A stretch of 63,783 nt of DNA, filler included, from Octopus bimaculoides (GCF_001194135.2; 5 parts of 4 records of this genome joined end to end with filler, not necessarily neighbours in it); one strand, 5' to 3'. Shown: positions 37,943 to 51,790, counted from the whole stretch's first letter. Numbers and translations: made by a program. Notes: generated from the sequence alone by a model not told the origin.

Positions 37943-39049
37943 NNNNNNNNNNNNNNNNNNNNNNNNNNNNNNNNNNNNNNNNNNNNNNNNNNNNNNNNNN
38001 NNNNNNNNNNNNNNNNNNNNNNNNNNNNNNNNNNNNNNNNNNNNNNNNNNNNNNNNNNNNNNNNNNNNNNNNNNNNNNNNNNNNNNNNNNNNNNNNNNNN
38101 NNNNNNNNNNNNNNNNNNNNNNNNNNNNNNNNNNNNNNNNNNNNNNNNNNNNNNNNNNNNNNNNNNNNNNNNNNNNNNNNNNNNNNNNNNNNNNNNNNNN
38201 NNNNNNNNNNNNNNNNNNNNNNNNNNNNNNNNNNNNNNNNNNNNNNNNNNNNNNNNNNNNNNNNNNNNNNNNNNNNNNNNNNNNNNNNNNNNNNNNNNNN
38301 NNNNNNNNNNNNNNNNNNNNNNNNNNNNNNNNNNNNNNNNNNNNNNNNNNNNNNNNNNNNNNNNNNNNNNNNNNNNNNNNNNNNNNNNNNNNNNNNNNNN
38401 NNNNNNNNNNNNNNNNNNNNNNNNNNNNNNNNNNNNNNNNNNNNNNNNNNNNNNNNNNNNNNNNNNNNNNNNNNNNNNNNNNNNNNNNNNNNNNNNNNNN
38501 NNNNNNNNNNNNNNNNNGCTGAAATATATTGCATTTATATATTTTACAATCATATTTCCTCAAACAAAATGGTACACTAAATACAGAAAAAAAAAAGAAA
38601 AGAAAACGACAGAAGCAAACATTTGCAAAGCTGAACGCAAATATTTGAGGTGTTAAAATCAGATGATCAAATAGGTTACTTTCTTCTAGAGCGTTGCAGA
38701 ATTGATAAAGAAATATAACATATAATAAAATTATAAACAATATAAATGATAAACGAAAGTAAAAAATTAAAGTCGGACATTGCTCTTTGCGGGTCTGCTT
38801 CTCCTTTTTTTTTATTCAAATTGCTATATATAGTTTCTGATATCGCTTTACCTTTGGAAGGATCTCAACGTTATATATATTACCATGCAATTTGAAGAAA
38901 GGTACAGGCAGTTTAGTCAAACCACTATAGTTATTTTATCGATATATCATTCATGAAAGGAATAGTCAACCCTGATGGAATTTTTTCAAGGTATTTTGTT
39001 TGAAACTACACTGATTCTACCATGATAATATTGCTTCATAGTATTATCA

Positions 39050-39305
39050 AATTAGATGTGATTGATAACCCAAGCATAATCTATTTAGGATGTTTCGGTT
39101 GATAATTTTCCGTTTCATAAATGTTTTCTCAATGAACAGCAGACATTTTTTAGATTTAAATGTTTCATCTAAATGAATTGGTAATGTTAGAAGATATGAT
39201 TCATAACCCAAGCATAGTCTATTGATGATGTTCAATACTTTTCACTTTCATAAATGTGTTTCCCAGTGAAAGAGACTTTCATCTAAATGAATTGATAATG
39301 TTAGT
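39050..39305 (+). repeat. Diverged tandem duplication, period about 138 bp
   Basis: ATAACCCAAGCATA at 39065 and 39203; TTTCATCTAAATGAATTG.TAATGTTAG twice. Confidence 0.85.
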
Positions 39306-40624
39306 TTAGGGTGTAATGAATGGAAGGATTCAGAAGGCTGTGCTTCTCATTTCAACATAATATTTATTCTCGTTACTTCACTCTATTAGAAAGCTGTTAA
39401 ATTCAGTCAGAGATAAATCTCGTCCTGGTGACTTGAAGGCGAACATATATGTATCACACACACACACACACACACACACACGTATGTATGCACGTACGAG
39501 ATGCTGTCTTTGTGTGATCAAGTCAAAAAAGAAAGGTGAATGTTAATGTGAATTGTGATAGAATCGTCTTTTGACTACTTGGTTGGGAGCTAGACCATAA
39601 TCAAGGTGGTCTCTGATGAGAGGCTCGAATCAAAGCTGATTTATAGCAAAAATAAGGAAATGTTTCATAATGTTTTGTTTGCATTTTAAGCGTAATTACA
39701 GCAAACAGAAATAGGTCTCTGAAATTAACCGATAATTTATCACAGCCAACCCAGAATATTACATGAATAAATGTCGAAAGAGCATGCTTATCTGTCTGAG
39801 TAAGAAGTTTAGCACTTACAGTCATTATATTTGTAAATATGGTATTTTGGACTCAAGACAACGCCTTATCTAGATAGAAATGTTGTAAGTTCGATTCTAA
39901 GAGAGAGATGATCTGCTGCAAGGGTAAGAATATTTCTACTAGTTTAGGAGATCCTGAAAAGATCGTAGATGCAGGTCCTCTTCATCCAACTAAATATTGA
40001 CTTTTTATATAGTCACAAAGAGACATAATTTTTTTGTGAGGTGGGAGAGGATGAAAATTTTCGATAATAGGAAGAATAAGTTAAAATTTGGACGAAGTAA
40101 ATATCGCAAGTTTTTTNNNNNNNNNNTTTTTTTTTTTTTTTTTGTCACTCTAACCGTTTCTGTCAATCCGCCAACCTTTCGATAATTAGATACTGATTTC
40201 AAATATAGGCACAAGACCGCACATTTGATGTGTAGCATTATTAACTTTCCCTTAGTACTTGCGACCTCAGCTGGAGTTGGACTCAGAACATAAAGAGTCG
40301 TAAATACTATAGTTTCTCCGACACTCAAAGGATTATGCCAATATGTTGCTCTTTTCCTCCGATTAAATATTTATTTTTTAAAAAGCGACTATAATAATTT
40401 CTTACGTAAACACATATCTGCAGGACATGAGTAAATTTAAATAAATAGGTTTTATCGTCTCAGTGCATCGTATGTTGTCTAATTAGTAAAATCGACAGAC
40501 CGCGAATTTGAAATTAGAACGTAAAATTACGTAACTAAATACCCACTGCTCCAACAATACAACTAAGAACCAATCTTTAACTAAGAATAATCATCCTTTA
40601 ACCTCTAAGAATAGTTATAATATT

Positions 40625-41008
40625 GTTGTTATTGGCACTCCGTCGCTTACGACGTCGAGGGTTCCAGTTGATCCGATCAACGGAACAGCCTGCTCGTGAA
40701 ATTAACGTGCAAGTGGCTGAGCACTCCACAGACACGTGTACCCTTAATGTAGTTCTCGGGAATATTCAGTGACAGTGTGACAAGGCTGACCCTTTGAATT
40801 ACAGGCACAACAGAAACAGGAAGTAAGAGTAAGAGAAAGTTGTGGTGAAAGAGTACAGCAGGGTTCGCCTCCATCCCCTGTCGGAGCCTCGTGGAGCTTT
40901 TAGGTGTTTTCGCTCGATAAACACTCACAACGCCCGGTCTGGGAATCGAAACCGCGATCCTATGACCGCGAGTCCGCTGCCCTAACCACTGGGCCATTGC
41001 GCCTTCAC
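40625..41008 (-). mobile_element. Full-length family-C tRNA-derived SINE with 12-bp TSD
   Basis: Head GGCGCAATGGCCCAGTGGTTAGGGCAGCGGACTCGCGG..GGTTTCGATTCCC; TSD AGTTATAATATT at 40613-40624 and 41009-41020; (AAC)n-like tail. Confidence 0.9.
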
Positions 41009-41034
41009 AGTTATAATATTAATATCTAATATCT

Positions 41035-41570
41035 AATAAAGGCACAAGAACACAAATCCGGGGATAAAAAGTTATTCGATTAAATGAACTACTGTATATG
41101 AATGATACACTTTACATATTTAAATAAGGTATCATTCAAGTATAAAATGAAGCAGTACTCAGAGTTGACTTCGACAGTATTTAAACTCATGACATAAAGA
41201 GCTGAAACAAATACTGCAAAACATTTTTCCCGATGCTCAAACGATTCTGTTAATCAATACCCATAATGGTTACCGATAATAGTTTTAATTTAGGTACAAA
41301 ACCAGCATTTTCGAAGGAAGCGGTTTAGTCGATAAAATGATGTATCAATATTAGAATGGTATTCAAGGCGGCGAGCTGGCAGTATCGTTAGCATGCCGGG
41401 TAATATGCTTAGCAGCATTTTGTCCATCTTCCCGTTCTCAGTTCAAATTTCGCTGAGGTCGACTTTACCTTTCATTTTTTTCAGGGTCGATAAAACAAGT
41501 ACCAGTTGAGCACTTGGATCGATGTAATCGACTTATCTCCTCCCCCGAAATTTCAGTATTAGAATCAGAA
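41035..41570. mobile_element. Family-B SINE copies (decayed minus copies and 41365-41553 +)
   Basis: AAGGCGGCGAGCTGGCAGTATCGTTAGC head and Meta-like core. Confidence 0.75.
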
Positions 41571-42257
41571 CGTAAAGAGGCAAAACAAATGTCACAAGAC
41601 AACATCAACGTGGCCAGTGTGATACAAAACTGTCCTTTGAATTACATGAGTAGACCATCCGAAGTACCTCTATGCTGTTTTCATCTATCCACTTTCACTC
41701 ACAAGACTTGAAACACCTCTATCAGGAGATAAAATTGATTGAATTAACACGTGTACTGACCCGAGCAGATAAGGACAGACGCACGTGACTCGAATGTTAC
41801 TTGAGCTCAAAATGGACTGCAAGGAAACTATCTTATCCAATTTTCTATTGTTTCTGCCACTCCACAACCTTGATGTGTTGTAAAATAATAAATTTCAACA
41901 TAAACAGGAAGTCTCAGATATGCTAGAGAAGAGGAGATTTCCTATTATGACGTTTAATGAATTTCATACAGCAAGTTAGAAGAAGTAATTCAATTACTGA
42001 TTCGGTGAGCTAAGTATGAACTTAACCACTGCAGATTCATGAGTATCTATTTCAATAAAATATAAGGACGAAAGCCATATTTAAAGTCTGAGGCAAAGAA
42101 GTAAAACAAGTCTGGTGTAAGACGCCTAGGTTTTTGTTGTTTTGTCCCGCTGGACGAATAAAAGATGATAATATCAGTATCAGACTATATTGTTAAAACT
42201 GATATCGAGGTCACTGCTGTACAGAAAAAAATAGTGTGGGGGCAAAAGACCAAACCC

Positions 42258-42425
42258 CAGTGGCATAGCTAGAGTGTGTACCAGCCTGGGAAGTCCTTCA
42301 GTTTGCGCCCCCACCCTATGACACCCCAAGCCTATACAGGCTTATACAGCAGGTCCAAAAGTACCGCTACCATAAAAGCGTTGCCTGGGGTGGAGCGCCC
42401 CTTACCCCCTTTAGCTACTCTACTA
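42258..42425. mobile_element. hAT-type MITE
   Basis: Left TIR CAGTGGCATAGCTAG, decayed right TIR; flanks CCAAACCC / CCAAACCT (7 of 8, TSD-like). Confidence 0.55.
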
Positions 42426-42599
42426 CCAAACCTTGAGATAAATCAGAATTTATAGAATTTTGGATAGAATCACTAGCTTCGATGATTCTAGAACAGTGGT
42501 TATCAACGAGGATTCATATAAGATTTTGTTGTTAAATTTTATCAGCAATAAATTGGTTATGCAAAATATTTTAACAATTTTGTATACAATTGAAGCAAT

Positions 42600-43030
42600 C
42601 CAGCGAAGCTTCCCTGGAGCGAAGGTGGGAGAGATATGTAGTCATATACATCTGGAAGATCCTGGAAGGGATTGTGCCAAATTTTGGCATTGAAAGTTAC
42701 ACAAATGGCAGAACGGGTCGCAATTGCACAGTGCCAAAAACCACAGCAATGCCATCGCGCTTCAGGACCAGTTACTGCAACAGCCTGGGTTTCAGGGGTC
42801 CACAGCTTTTTAATATTCTCTCAAAGAGCCTGAGGGACCTACAGAAAGTGGATGTAGGTTCCTCAGGACCTACAGAAAGTGGATGTAGGTGTTTTCAAAT
42901 TGAAACTGGATCTCTTCCTGTCGAGAGTCCCAGATGAACCTAAGTTGCTGCAGGAGGTGCAAATGAGGGTAGCGACATGAAACTCCTTTATTCACCAAAT
43001 GCCACATATCAGAAGATGCTCTCAATAATA
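42600..43030 (+). mobile_element. CR1-like LINE 3' fragment
   Basis: SLERRWERYVVIYIWKILEGIVPNFG...NSLGFRGPQLFNIL...LDLFLSRVPDEP; internal duplication of GGACCTACAGAAAGTGGATGTAGGT. Confidence 0.85.
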
Positions 43031-43669
43031 ACAGTGTAGCAAAACGGCGGTGCCCCAGCATGGCCACAGCTTTCAGCTGAAACTGATAAAAAAAATCCTA
43101 ATAATATGTAACTATAAAAAAATATAATATCGAATGGCCATGAGGGTGCACCTGAATAAAATAGGAATCAAAGGAGTTCACAGGTAAAAAAAAATGTTTG
43201 AGAAATACTGTTCAAGAACGATAATAAACTTTACTCTTCCGGCACATCTCACTGCTTGTTACTGAGAAGTAGCTTCATCAGCATTAGACGAACACAAGAT
43301 CATTTCCTAACTTTTATCTTCCACTCTGACCCAAACACACCGCCGTTCCATCAACACCTTTGACTTTTATTTTACCTATTCTATGTGTTAACCTAAATTG
43401 TAAGAAATGAACGATCATGATCATTCGAAGAGTTGTTTGTCTGAAGAAATTGTTCGGTCTGCAAATTATTACAGTTTCTCGTGACTAGGACATATTTTAC
43501 ACGAAAAAAATTTCACTTTCGAATCTTTAAATTTACATTTGTCTCAAATACTTCCCTTATTCATTCCCGATGTCTAATTTTTCTTATCCACGCAAACTTT
43601 TACTATAAATCCTCCACATCTTTTATTTCTTTTTTCTTTTCTATAATATTTTGTTCACACTGAAACATC

Positions 43670-43888
43670 CTTTCTCTCTCTCCCTGTCTAGTTCTCTCTC
43701 CTCCTCTCTCTCTTTCTCACATTCTTTCCCTTCTCTCTGTCTCTCTGTGTGTCTGTATGTCTCTTCCTCTCTCTATCTTCTCTCCCCTCTCTCGTTCTCT
43801 TTATCACTCACACATTCTCTTTCTCTCTCTGTCTCTCCTACTCGGTCTATCTTTCCTCCTTATCCCCTCTCTCTCTCAAATTTTTTTT

Positions 43889-43923
<35 letters not shown>

Positions 43924-44281
43924 CCTTCACAACCATCACTCTTTCACAGTTACCGTCTCTCCCTCACACCCGTACTCACACTCTTATAACAACCTCACGC
44001 ACACGCACAAACTCGACTTCACACTCTACTTCAAAGAAAAAAAAATTCTGTCTTTCTCTATTTTTTTTTTATCTCTTCCTCTCAATGCTCGGATTTTATT
44101 TCCGGCGAAAACAATTTGCAATTCTATTCAAAGCGACAAATGGCCGACAGACTCACTTTCAGAATGTATTTAATTTTATTGCCTTTACTTTTATCTTGTA
44201 TTTAGTACTATTACCACATTATCACATTTTTAATTAGCCTATATGTGTGTGCATGCGTGTACTGAGTGTTTATGTGTATGT

Positions 44282-44354
<73 letters not shown>

Positions 44355-44355
44355 A

Positions 44356-44386
<31 letters not shown>

Positions 44387-44480
44387 AAGAGATGCATACA
44401 TATACATGCATACACACATACATGTGTGTGTATGTTGTGTGTGCGTGTGTGTGCCTGCGTGTGTGTGCCTGCGTGTGGGT
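43670..44480. repeat. Compound microsatellite field (CT, CA, TA, GA, GT)
   Basis: Direct reading. Confidence 0.9.
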
Positions 44481-45589
44481 GAGTCTATATACGTGGCTCC
44501 ATCCATTTCGACTTATTCCTGTTATAAATCATTTGAGAGCGACTCCTTAGTCAAACTTGTAGCGTTGCTCTTACGTGTGTATTTAAATCGTTACGAATTA
44601 TGACGAACGCTCGTAGCAGTTCGAAGAATTGCTTTACAAGTTGGCATACGCTTTTGAAGCAACTTACACGGAAGCAGACATTTATTTAGATGTGAAGGAC
44701 GAGTATGTATCACGATTATGATTCACCGGTCAAATCTCTTGTGTTCTATGAGTAAGTGTACTGCACGATGATATGATGCAAATAGGTAGAGTTTACGCAC
44801 ACACACACACACACACACATAAATGCTCAAGTATGTATAGATATATAAATGCGCGCGAGTTCGTATGTGTGTATGTGGGGGGTGGGGGTGGAGAGTTGTA
44901 TACGTATGTATATACTATTTACCTGTCTGAATAACCCATACACCCGAAGTTACAGTCAATAGAATTATTAAAAGTCCCAGACTATATCTGAGTTGAGTCC
45001 TTCAGTTAGTTTTCGCCGATTTAAGGCTCATTAAAGCACTTAAGCATGTATACATACATACATACATACATACATACATGTGGGGGGGGGTGTAAGTGAG
45101 TGTGTGTGTGTAAGTGAGTGAGTGTGTGTGTGTGTGTAAGTGAGTGTGTGTGTACATTCAATATATTCAAACATACATAAGTACTTTCAGGTGCAATGTC
45201 TAACCTATTTAATTCCAATGCTTACCATGTTCATTGAACCAATACGTCATATTCATAAGCATTGCTCATATGAGATATTTATTTTAATGATTACGGTCAA
45301 GGCCATGCTGGAGTACCACTTTTAAAGGGGAGAATGCTCCACCTTTGTGTCGTCACTGCAGATATCCAGGGTTTTAATTTTCTTGTTGGGCTTTTGAATG
45401 TCTTTGGCATTTCTGGTTGGTTGGTGGGTCGACGAACCGCTTGTGTCTGTTGTAGTGTTCTAGCCGATTATTGATGGCTGACCTGATATTTTAGAAAGAA
45501 ACGGAAGTTATATCTCCCGTCGTGAAACAACGGATGAAGGTTCTGCAATTTCTTGCTGAACAACCACACAGATAATTCGCTTATAGTGA

Positions 45590-45795
45590 TTACATAAGCT
45601 CACCCACTCCATCAAATCGACATTGGCTGTACAGGTGCACAAGTGTGTCACACACTAGATGTTGAAATGATCGCAGGGCAACGTGAATTGAAATGTTATG
45701 GCTCAAGAACATAACGCACCGCCTGGTCTGAGAATCGAAACCATGACCTCGCGACCGTGAGTGCAACATCCTAATCACTAGGCCATGCGCCTACG
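45590..45795 (-). mobile_element. Family-D tRNA-derived SINE; internally deleted copy at about 59425-59575 (+)
   Basis: Head GGCGCATGGCCTAGTGATTAGGATGTTGCACTCACGG..GGTTTCGATTCTC; shared TGCACCTGTACAG..AATGTCGATTT.ATGG. Confidence 0.7.
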
Positions 45796-46049
45796 CGCGT
45801 GTGTGTGCGTGTGCGTGTGCGTGTAGTTGTTGACAGTAGAGAAGTAGTTATGATCTTACGTAAAAGGTAGCAGTGGGTTGTTTGTATATTTATCGACAAT
45901 GAGACTTGCTCATCATCCAATGACAACCAACTGTACCTTGAACTTGTGAAAACTCTGAAACTCAGCTATTATCGCATGAATCTTTTGTAATCAAACTTAT
46001 GGCATAAAGTTGATAAATCAATAGTATACTGGATCGATCACTACCTGAG

Positions 46050-47940
46050 TCACCAATACCGTGGTGGCGGCCTCACTCTCTCAGCAACAGGGAAATCGAC
46101 TTTATATTTGGCTCATGGAGTGTGAAAATACTGTTAAACAGAGGAGACAATGATCGATAAGAGAGGTAAGTAAACCACACTCGTAACAATGGAATTAGAT
46201 AGATGCAGCATCACCATAGTTGCTCCTTGCGAGACGAGGCTGCCAGAATATGTGAATATTGTGAATATGACGTATGTATATTTTGGAGTGGGAAACTAGC
46301 ATGGCAGAAGAACGTGTCTAGAGTTGACTTTCATTAAGTATGTCAACCAAAATAGATTAAGAACCAACTGCTTTGAGTGGCTGGATATTGTGTTTGAGAG
46401 GGTTTACATAAAATGATTGCTATGACACCGCAGCTTTGACGTACTTTGATCAACCTAATGAAGCAATGAAGAGTTCTACAGTACACTGCAAATAAACGTG
46501 TGTTAGTGTGATCGAAAAAGACAAACTGATACTAATGAGTGATTTTAATACTCGTATTGGAAAAAAGTAGAGAAGTGGCAAAACATGGTATGGAGAGATG
46601 CATCTCAAATATGCTCCGAATGGGGTCTCATCAAAAGCGACTCCATCTTCCAACAGGGAATGAAAGGCCCTGGAAGCATCCGCATTCGAAGCGTTGTCAT
46701 CTTTTTGATTATATCATAACTAGGCAATAAGACAGAGATGTGTATATTAATGAGAGGGAAAACTGTAACACAGACTACCAAATATTTTATCGAAGATAGC
46801 TTTCATGATAATCTTCAATCAAAACAACACCAGGCTTTCATGCTCATTAAACTGGCAGCAGAAAAGTTGACAGACAGGAATATAGAGGTGATTTTGGTAA
46901 AAAAAAAAAAAAAAAATACGGCTGAGATTTTGGTATTATGGAAATCACACCAAAAACTAGACAGTTTGAATGCAATATGGTTTTCGCTTCGCATCACACG
47001 GCTAAAGCCGTGCTTAGTGAAGCAGCAAGGAAACATCAAAACTGGTTTGCTTGTAAGGATACTACTCTTGCTTCACTGTTAGAGCAACGCAATAAAGCTC
47101 GCCAACAAAGTTTCCAGGATCCCAACATTCGATCATACTTTGCTAAATTGAAAGAAACAAAGACTAAATAACAGCATAACAGTGAAATGAAGTAGGAGTG
47201 GTATGAAAACAAAGCGATCAAATTACAATCTGCTAGTGTTGTCAACGACAGACTAAATGAAAAAATCACAACAGAGATTCATGAAGGGGAAATGTGTCGA
47301 ACAAAACAAAGCATTGTATGCGGTATTCATCGACATTGTAAACACATTGGGTCAGTGGCTGGTACTCAGAGATTTGGAGATCCAAAAAAAGTTCATATGT
47401 ATGGAAGAATTCTCACGCTGATAAACTCAGCACAGTTTGATATTGCTGTAGAAGTCAGAGCTGCATGCTAAACCGACAAAGTTTATTCTTATCTCATTTT
47501 GTTTGAGTCTGATATTCGAGGAGGCATTCTGCAATTCACATAGAGTGTACATACAGACAAGACCTGGTAGTAACCTGTTTGGGGCGTCGGTCCTAAAGAC
47601 CAAGAGCATTCATATTTTAGCGGGAGACATGTTATTTGTTGATGACAGTACCATTGTCTACTATAGAGTAGTGCACATGCAGAAGTTGTTAGACATTTTA
47701 TACATTACAATCACAAAGTTTGACTCGGAAATTAACAACTGGAAGACTGAAGTCCTCTGTAAGTCAAGTTTTAATTCAAACCAAGTGACACAACCCGAGA
47801 CCATCACCATTGCAAAGTAGGAGCTAGTTGAGGGAATCCACTTTATTTATCTAGGCAGTACACTCAGTAATGATAATAGGTTTAGGATCGAATGAGATTG
47901 CAGGATGAGAAAAGCTAGTTCGGCATTCGGAATATTGAGT
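46050..47940 (+). mobile_element. RTE-BovB-like LINE, decayed and internally deleted
   Basis: APE start GSWSVKILL / MELDRC..CETRLP, WKHPHSKRCHLFDYII, RT MLFVDD, FIYLGSTLS..KASSAFG. Confidence 0.85.
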
Positions 47941-48091
47941 GTCATAATATTATTTCTAGTTTAGTCATTTACTCAACAGCCTGAAGTGTTACACTGCAAA
48001 ATGGTATGATTCAAATATATTAAGTTTTCATTCCTTTTCTAGAAGCTCTTTTTATTTTATTTAATTTAATTTTTATGCATCTTTCTTCACT

Positions 48092-48206
48092 CTGATGAAG
48101 CTCCATGTCCCAGATCGGATGTGTTACAAAATGTGACGAATATTATTCTCAGAATTTTCTTTGGCAATACTGTAGAATATTGAAAGCAGAAACGTCTGTT
48201 AGATGG
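48092..48206 (+). ncRNA. Decayed minimal type-I hammerhead motif (PLE 3'-end type)
   Basis: CTGATGA-A-GCT...AGC-A-GAAAC GTCT GT T AG; helix I pairs only 2 bp, so probably inactive. Confidence 0.35.
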
Positions 48207-48565
48207 GATGACGTTTTGTATTAAAAAACTAATAATCGATGGTAGTCAATTGTTGTTGATCAAGATTTCTCCATTTTCTGCTTAATTTATATATNNNNNN
48301 NNNNNNNNNNNNNNNNNNNNNNNNNNNNNNNNNNNNNNNNNNNNNNNNNNNNNNNNNNNNNNNNNNNNNNNNNNNNNNNNNNNNNNNNNNNNNNNNNNNN
48401 NNNNNNNNNNNNNNNNNNNNNNNNNNNNNNNNNNNNNNNNNNNNNNNNNNNNNNNNNNNNNNNNNNNNNNNNNNNNNNNNNNNNNNNNNNNNNNNNNNNN
48501 NNNNNNNNNNNNNNNNNNNNNNNNNNNNNNNNNNNNNNNNNNNTAGGTAGATATATGCATGCATA

Positions 48566-49436
48566 CGAGGTGGTGTAGTCAAAAAGTATCCGACCTTTGG
48601 CCAAATAACAAGTAATATTTTAAAAACTCACCATTTTAATTTAGTCTCCTTCAAAGTATTCTCCTTGGGAGTGCATACATTTCTGCCAGCGTTCCTGCCG
48701 CTGCTGGGAACATTTCTGGAAACCACTATTTGGGATACTGTAGAGCTGTGCCGTCAAATTTTGCTTAATGTCCTCTGTTCACTCAAATCTTCTCCCTTTG
48801 AGTATTTTTTTGAGCTTTGGGAATAGCCAAAAGTCACATGGGGCCAAGTTTGGCGAGTAGGAAGACTGATGAACATGTGGTGTGTTTTGCTTAACGAGGA
48901 ATGCTTTGACGGCATGGGTGTAATGAACTGGCGGAACTGACCCATGGCTGATTCCAGCTTCGGCAACAATCTCCTCAATAGTCACACGACGGTCTTCATA
49001 GACTATTCCTCGAGCCTTTATAATCATTTCGTCGTTTCTGCTAGTCGATGGTCTGCCACAACGTGGTTCACTGTCCACTGAAGTGCAGCCAACTTTGAAC
49101 TGGTTGTACCACTCCTTTATTTGTGTTTTTCCCATAGCGGCATCTCCAAAGGCCTTCTGAATCTTCTCTATTGTCTAGGCTTGCGTATCACCAAGTTTTT
49201 GGAAGAATTTGATACAGAACCTTTGCTCAATGCGCTCAAAAAGAAAAATCGCACAGCACAGTCTTCAGATCTGTACTCAACGCGTCACTGCAGGAGAATA
49301 GTGCAACCTACAGACACGAAAATTTTTGCGCATGCCCAGAAAGGACACAGCCACCTTATACTCATGAGGATTTTGCTCACGCATTATCATTTTGTGCAAA
49401 AAAAATCAAGGTCGGATACTTTTTGACTACATTTCG
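48566..49436 (-). mobile_element. Internally deleted mariner
   Basis: TIR CGA..TGTAGTCAAAAAGTATCCGACCTT with TA on both sides; ORF joins the HTH (EWYNQFK..SEPRCGRPSTS) directly to YSPNLAPCDFWLFPKLK. Confidence 0.9.
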
Positions 49437-49728
49437 TATACATACATACATACATATACATACACATACAGACATGTATATACNNNNNNNNNNNNNNNNN
49501 NNNNNNNNNNNNNNNNNNNNNNNNNNNNNNNNNNNNNNNNNNNNNNNNNNNNNNNNNNNNNNNNNNNNNNNNNNNNNNNNNNNNNNNNNNNNNNNNNNNN
49601 NNNNNNNNNNNNNNNNNNNNNNNNNNNNNNNNNNNNNNNNNNNNNNNNNNNNNNNNNNNNNNNNNNNNNNNNNNNNNNNNNNNNNNNNNNNNNNNNNNNN
49701 NNNNNNNNNNNNNNNNNNNNNNNNNNNN

Positions 49729-49769
<41 letters not shown>

Positions 49770-49802
49770 AAAGGAGGTGACAGGAAAAACAATGGATATG
49801 TT

Positions 49803-49913
49803 ATGAACTTCATTAGCTTACGGCTTCGTGAATCTATAGAATGTTATTCAGGTACTCAACTACGAGTCCATTGCTTCTTATAGCAGAAACAGCTGTAAGC
49901 TAATGAAGTTCAT
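49803..49913. repeat. 23-bp inverted repeat (1 mismatch) around a 65-nt spacer
   Basis: ATGAACTTCATTAGCTTACGGCT (49803-49825) versus AGCTGTAAGCTAATGAAGTTCAT (49891-49913). Confidence 0.9.
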
Positions 49914-50441
49914 TTGTTTTTCCTGTGTCATCTTCTTTTTATTGCCGCTCTATACTCGTCTAACACTTGATTCTGAAACATACGTATATTGAATTCTACA
50001 CCAAGTTATTAGTCTCGCAATGCCTAAGCGAAATATTAAAACACACACACACACTATTCGTTAGTTGTTTATAAGTAAGAAAAAATCGCACATTCAGTAT
50101 ATTTATATTTTTATATCGCCGAATAATTTTGATCTATGAAAGAAAAGTAGTTAACCTTTATCCCATTTATCATACTAAAACCCAATACATACTGTCACAC
50201 GTAACCATTTCATTGACAGAGTCGCCACTTTAAAGGAGTATTTTCTCATGTTTCGCGAGAAAATATATAGTTGTATGCCCACGTACAATTTTAATGCATT
50301 TTTGTTATAAGTTTTTGCTATCTTTAAAAACTAAAATGAGAATTTATTATGGAGTTTTACGTTCAAAACTCAGTCTTCGTGACTGCTAAGGCGTTTAACG
50401 TTTTTATAATAACAAATGTTTTCTGTTTCTTGTATTTTCAG

Positions 50442-50488
50442 TTGCTAAATCTGGCAGCACGAAGTCAATTAAATATGAAGCAATATAA
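50442..50488 (+). CDS. Possible terminal coding exon of an unidentified gene (AKSGSTKSIKYEAI*)
   Basis: Strong acceptor ttctgtttcttgtattttcag, open phase-1 frame to TAA, AATAAA about 135 nt downstream; no homology recognised. Confidence 0.2.
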
Positions 50489-51269
50489 ATTCAGTCTGAA
50501 AAATTTGGTCATGCGTAAATATGCTTGCTAGTTTACCAATCATAGTCCTTGCGTTGCTATGTTGCCGACAGTAGTTCCCGTTTCTGTCTGAGCTCAGAGT
50601 TGAATACACTTGAGCACATGTGCAATAAATTAAATCTGTGTTGCCGCTCATGTATAACGCTTATGAAGTGCAAAGCGAATGTAAGATGTTGTCTCAATAA
50701 TAGAATAAGGATTAAGCAGAATGTATCATCTGTTCTAAAGTATTTAAATGGCTCTACGCCATTTTTATCTTTTCACTTGAAATTCTTTCATGCTGCAAAA
50801 AACATGAGGAATTAGTGAACAAAGAATTTTAAAATAATCAAAAGAGTTTATTGAAAAAAAAACGTGCTATTGAAGATGTTGCAATATTATCCGGCAAAAA
50901 CGACTTTAGTTTTTACCGAATTGGTAATGGTTTTTTAAATCAAGTGAATTTTAAGAAATTAACTTAGAGCAAGATTTCTACGACCAATACAACAAATATT
51001 AGGAAAATGGTGCTGAACAATTTGCATTCTTAATATAAATACCAAGGTAATATTTTTTTCACTCTTAATCACTGGATAAGTACTCATCATTATAAGCGCC
51101 GGAGTGAGTGTGTGGTAAGAAGTTTGCTTCCGGTTATTGATTGTTGTTGAACGGTTGTCATTGTGTGAAATGCGTGTTTTTGGCTGTCTTGCAGCAGTGG
51201 TGTGCGATGTCTTCCTTCTTGTTTAATGGGAGAGGGTCGTGTTACGAATTACGAATGTTTGAGTTCTTC

Positions 51270-51790
51270 AGACTTTATGTCGTCTGAGGAAGAATTAGTG
51301 AAAAGTCTGAAAAGAATTGATGAGGCTATGGATATAAAAAAATGACGCAGAAGCGGCGAAGGAATAAACCGAAGACGTGAGTCTGAAGGAGTTGAGAAGG
51401 TTAAAGGAAATGATTAAAAGAGGGGGGAACGATAATTTACAGGACGTACGCGGTGGCAACGAGAAAAATTGAAGTAGTATCAGCAGCCCAAGTTGAAAAG
51501 GCGCTGAGACCAGTCTGGTAAGGGATTTCCTACCTTGCCAGGGGAAGAAAGTATGGACCGGTAGAGCTGCAGTTTCGGGAGGTAGCTACCGCCAGACTGC
51601 ACTCAGCAACACCGTCAAAATCAGACGAAGTGGTGCTTCTACCTGTATCCCTTGGGAGACATGCTTCTAGGGTTAGGTTACAAGACATACCCCCAGATGT
51701 GGGTGTAGCCTGGCTGGTGGCTGCCATACTGCTAAGCATGGAGGAGAGGGTAGTAGTCCTGCGGGCATCAGCACAATGCCAAAAAGGGTA
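51270..51790 (+). mobile_element. 5' part of the same gag/ORF1-like family as 37430-37942
   Basis: DEVVLLPVSLGRHASRVRLQDIPPDVGVAWLVAAILLSMEERVVVL aligns with the 37.9-kb copy; frameshifts and stops upstream. Confidence 0.8.

Noticed and set aside
39585-39650. Hammerhead-like AGACCA/TGGTCT-CTGATGAG..CGAAT
   Set aside because: GAAA is GAAT, no NUH precedes helix I, and no consistent helix III forms.
40940-41008. tRNA genes (also heads near 1030, 8900, 25050, 28230, 45740)
   Set aside because: A/B-box-like heads continue into SINE bodies and lack a full cloverleaf.
43651-44603. ORFs of S/L, H/T, Y/I, R/E and C/V dipeptides (also 63456-63707, 25608-25937)
   Set aside because: Translations of microsatellites.
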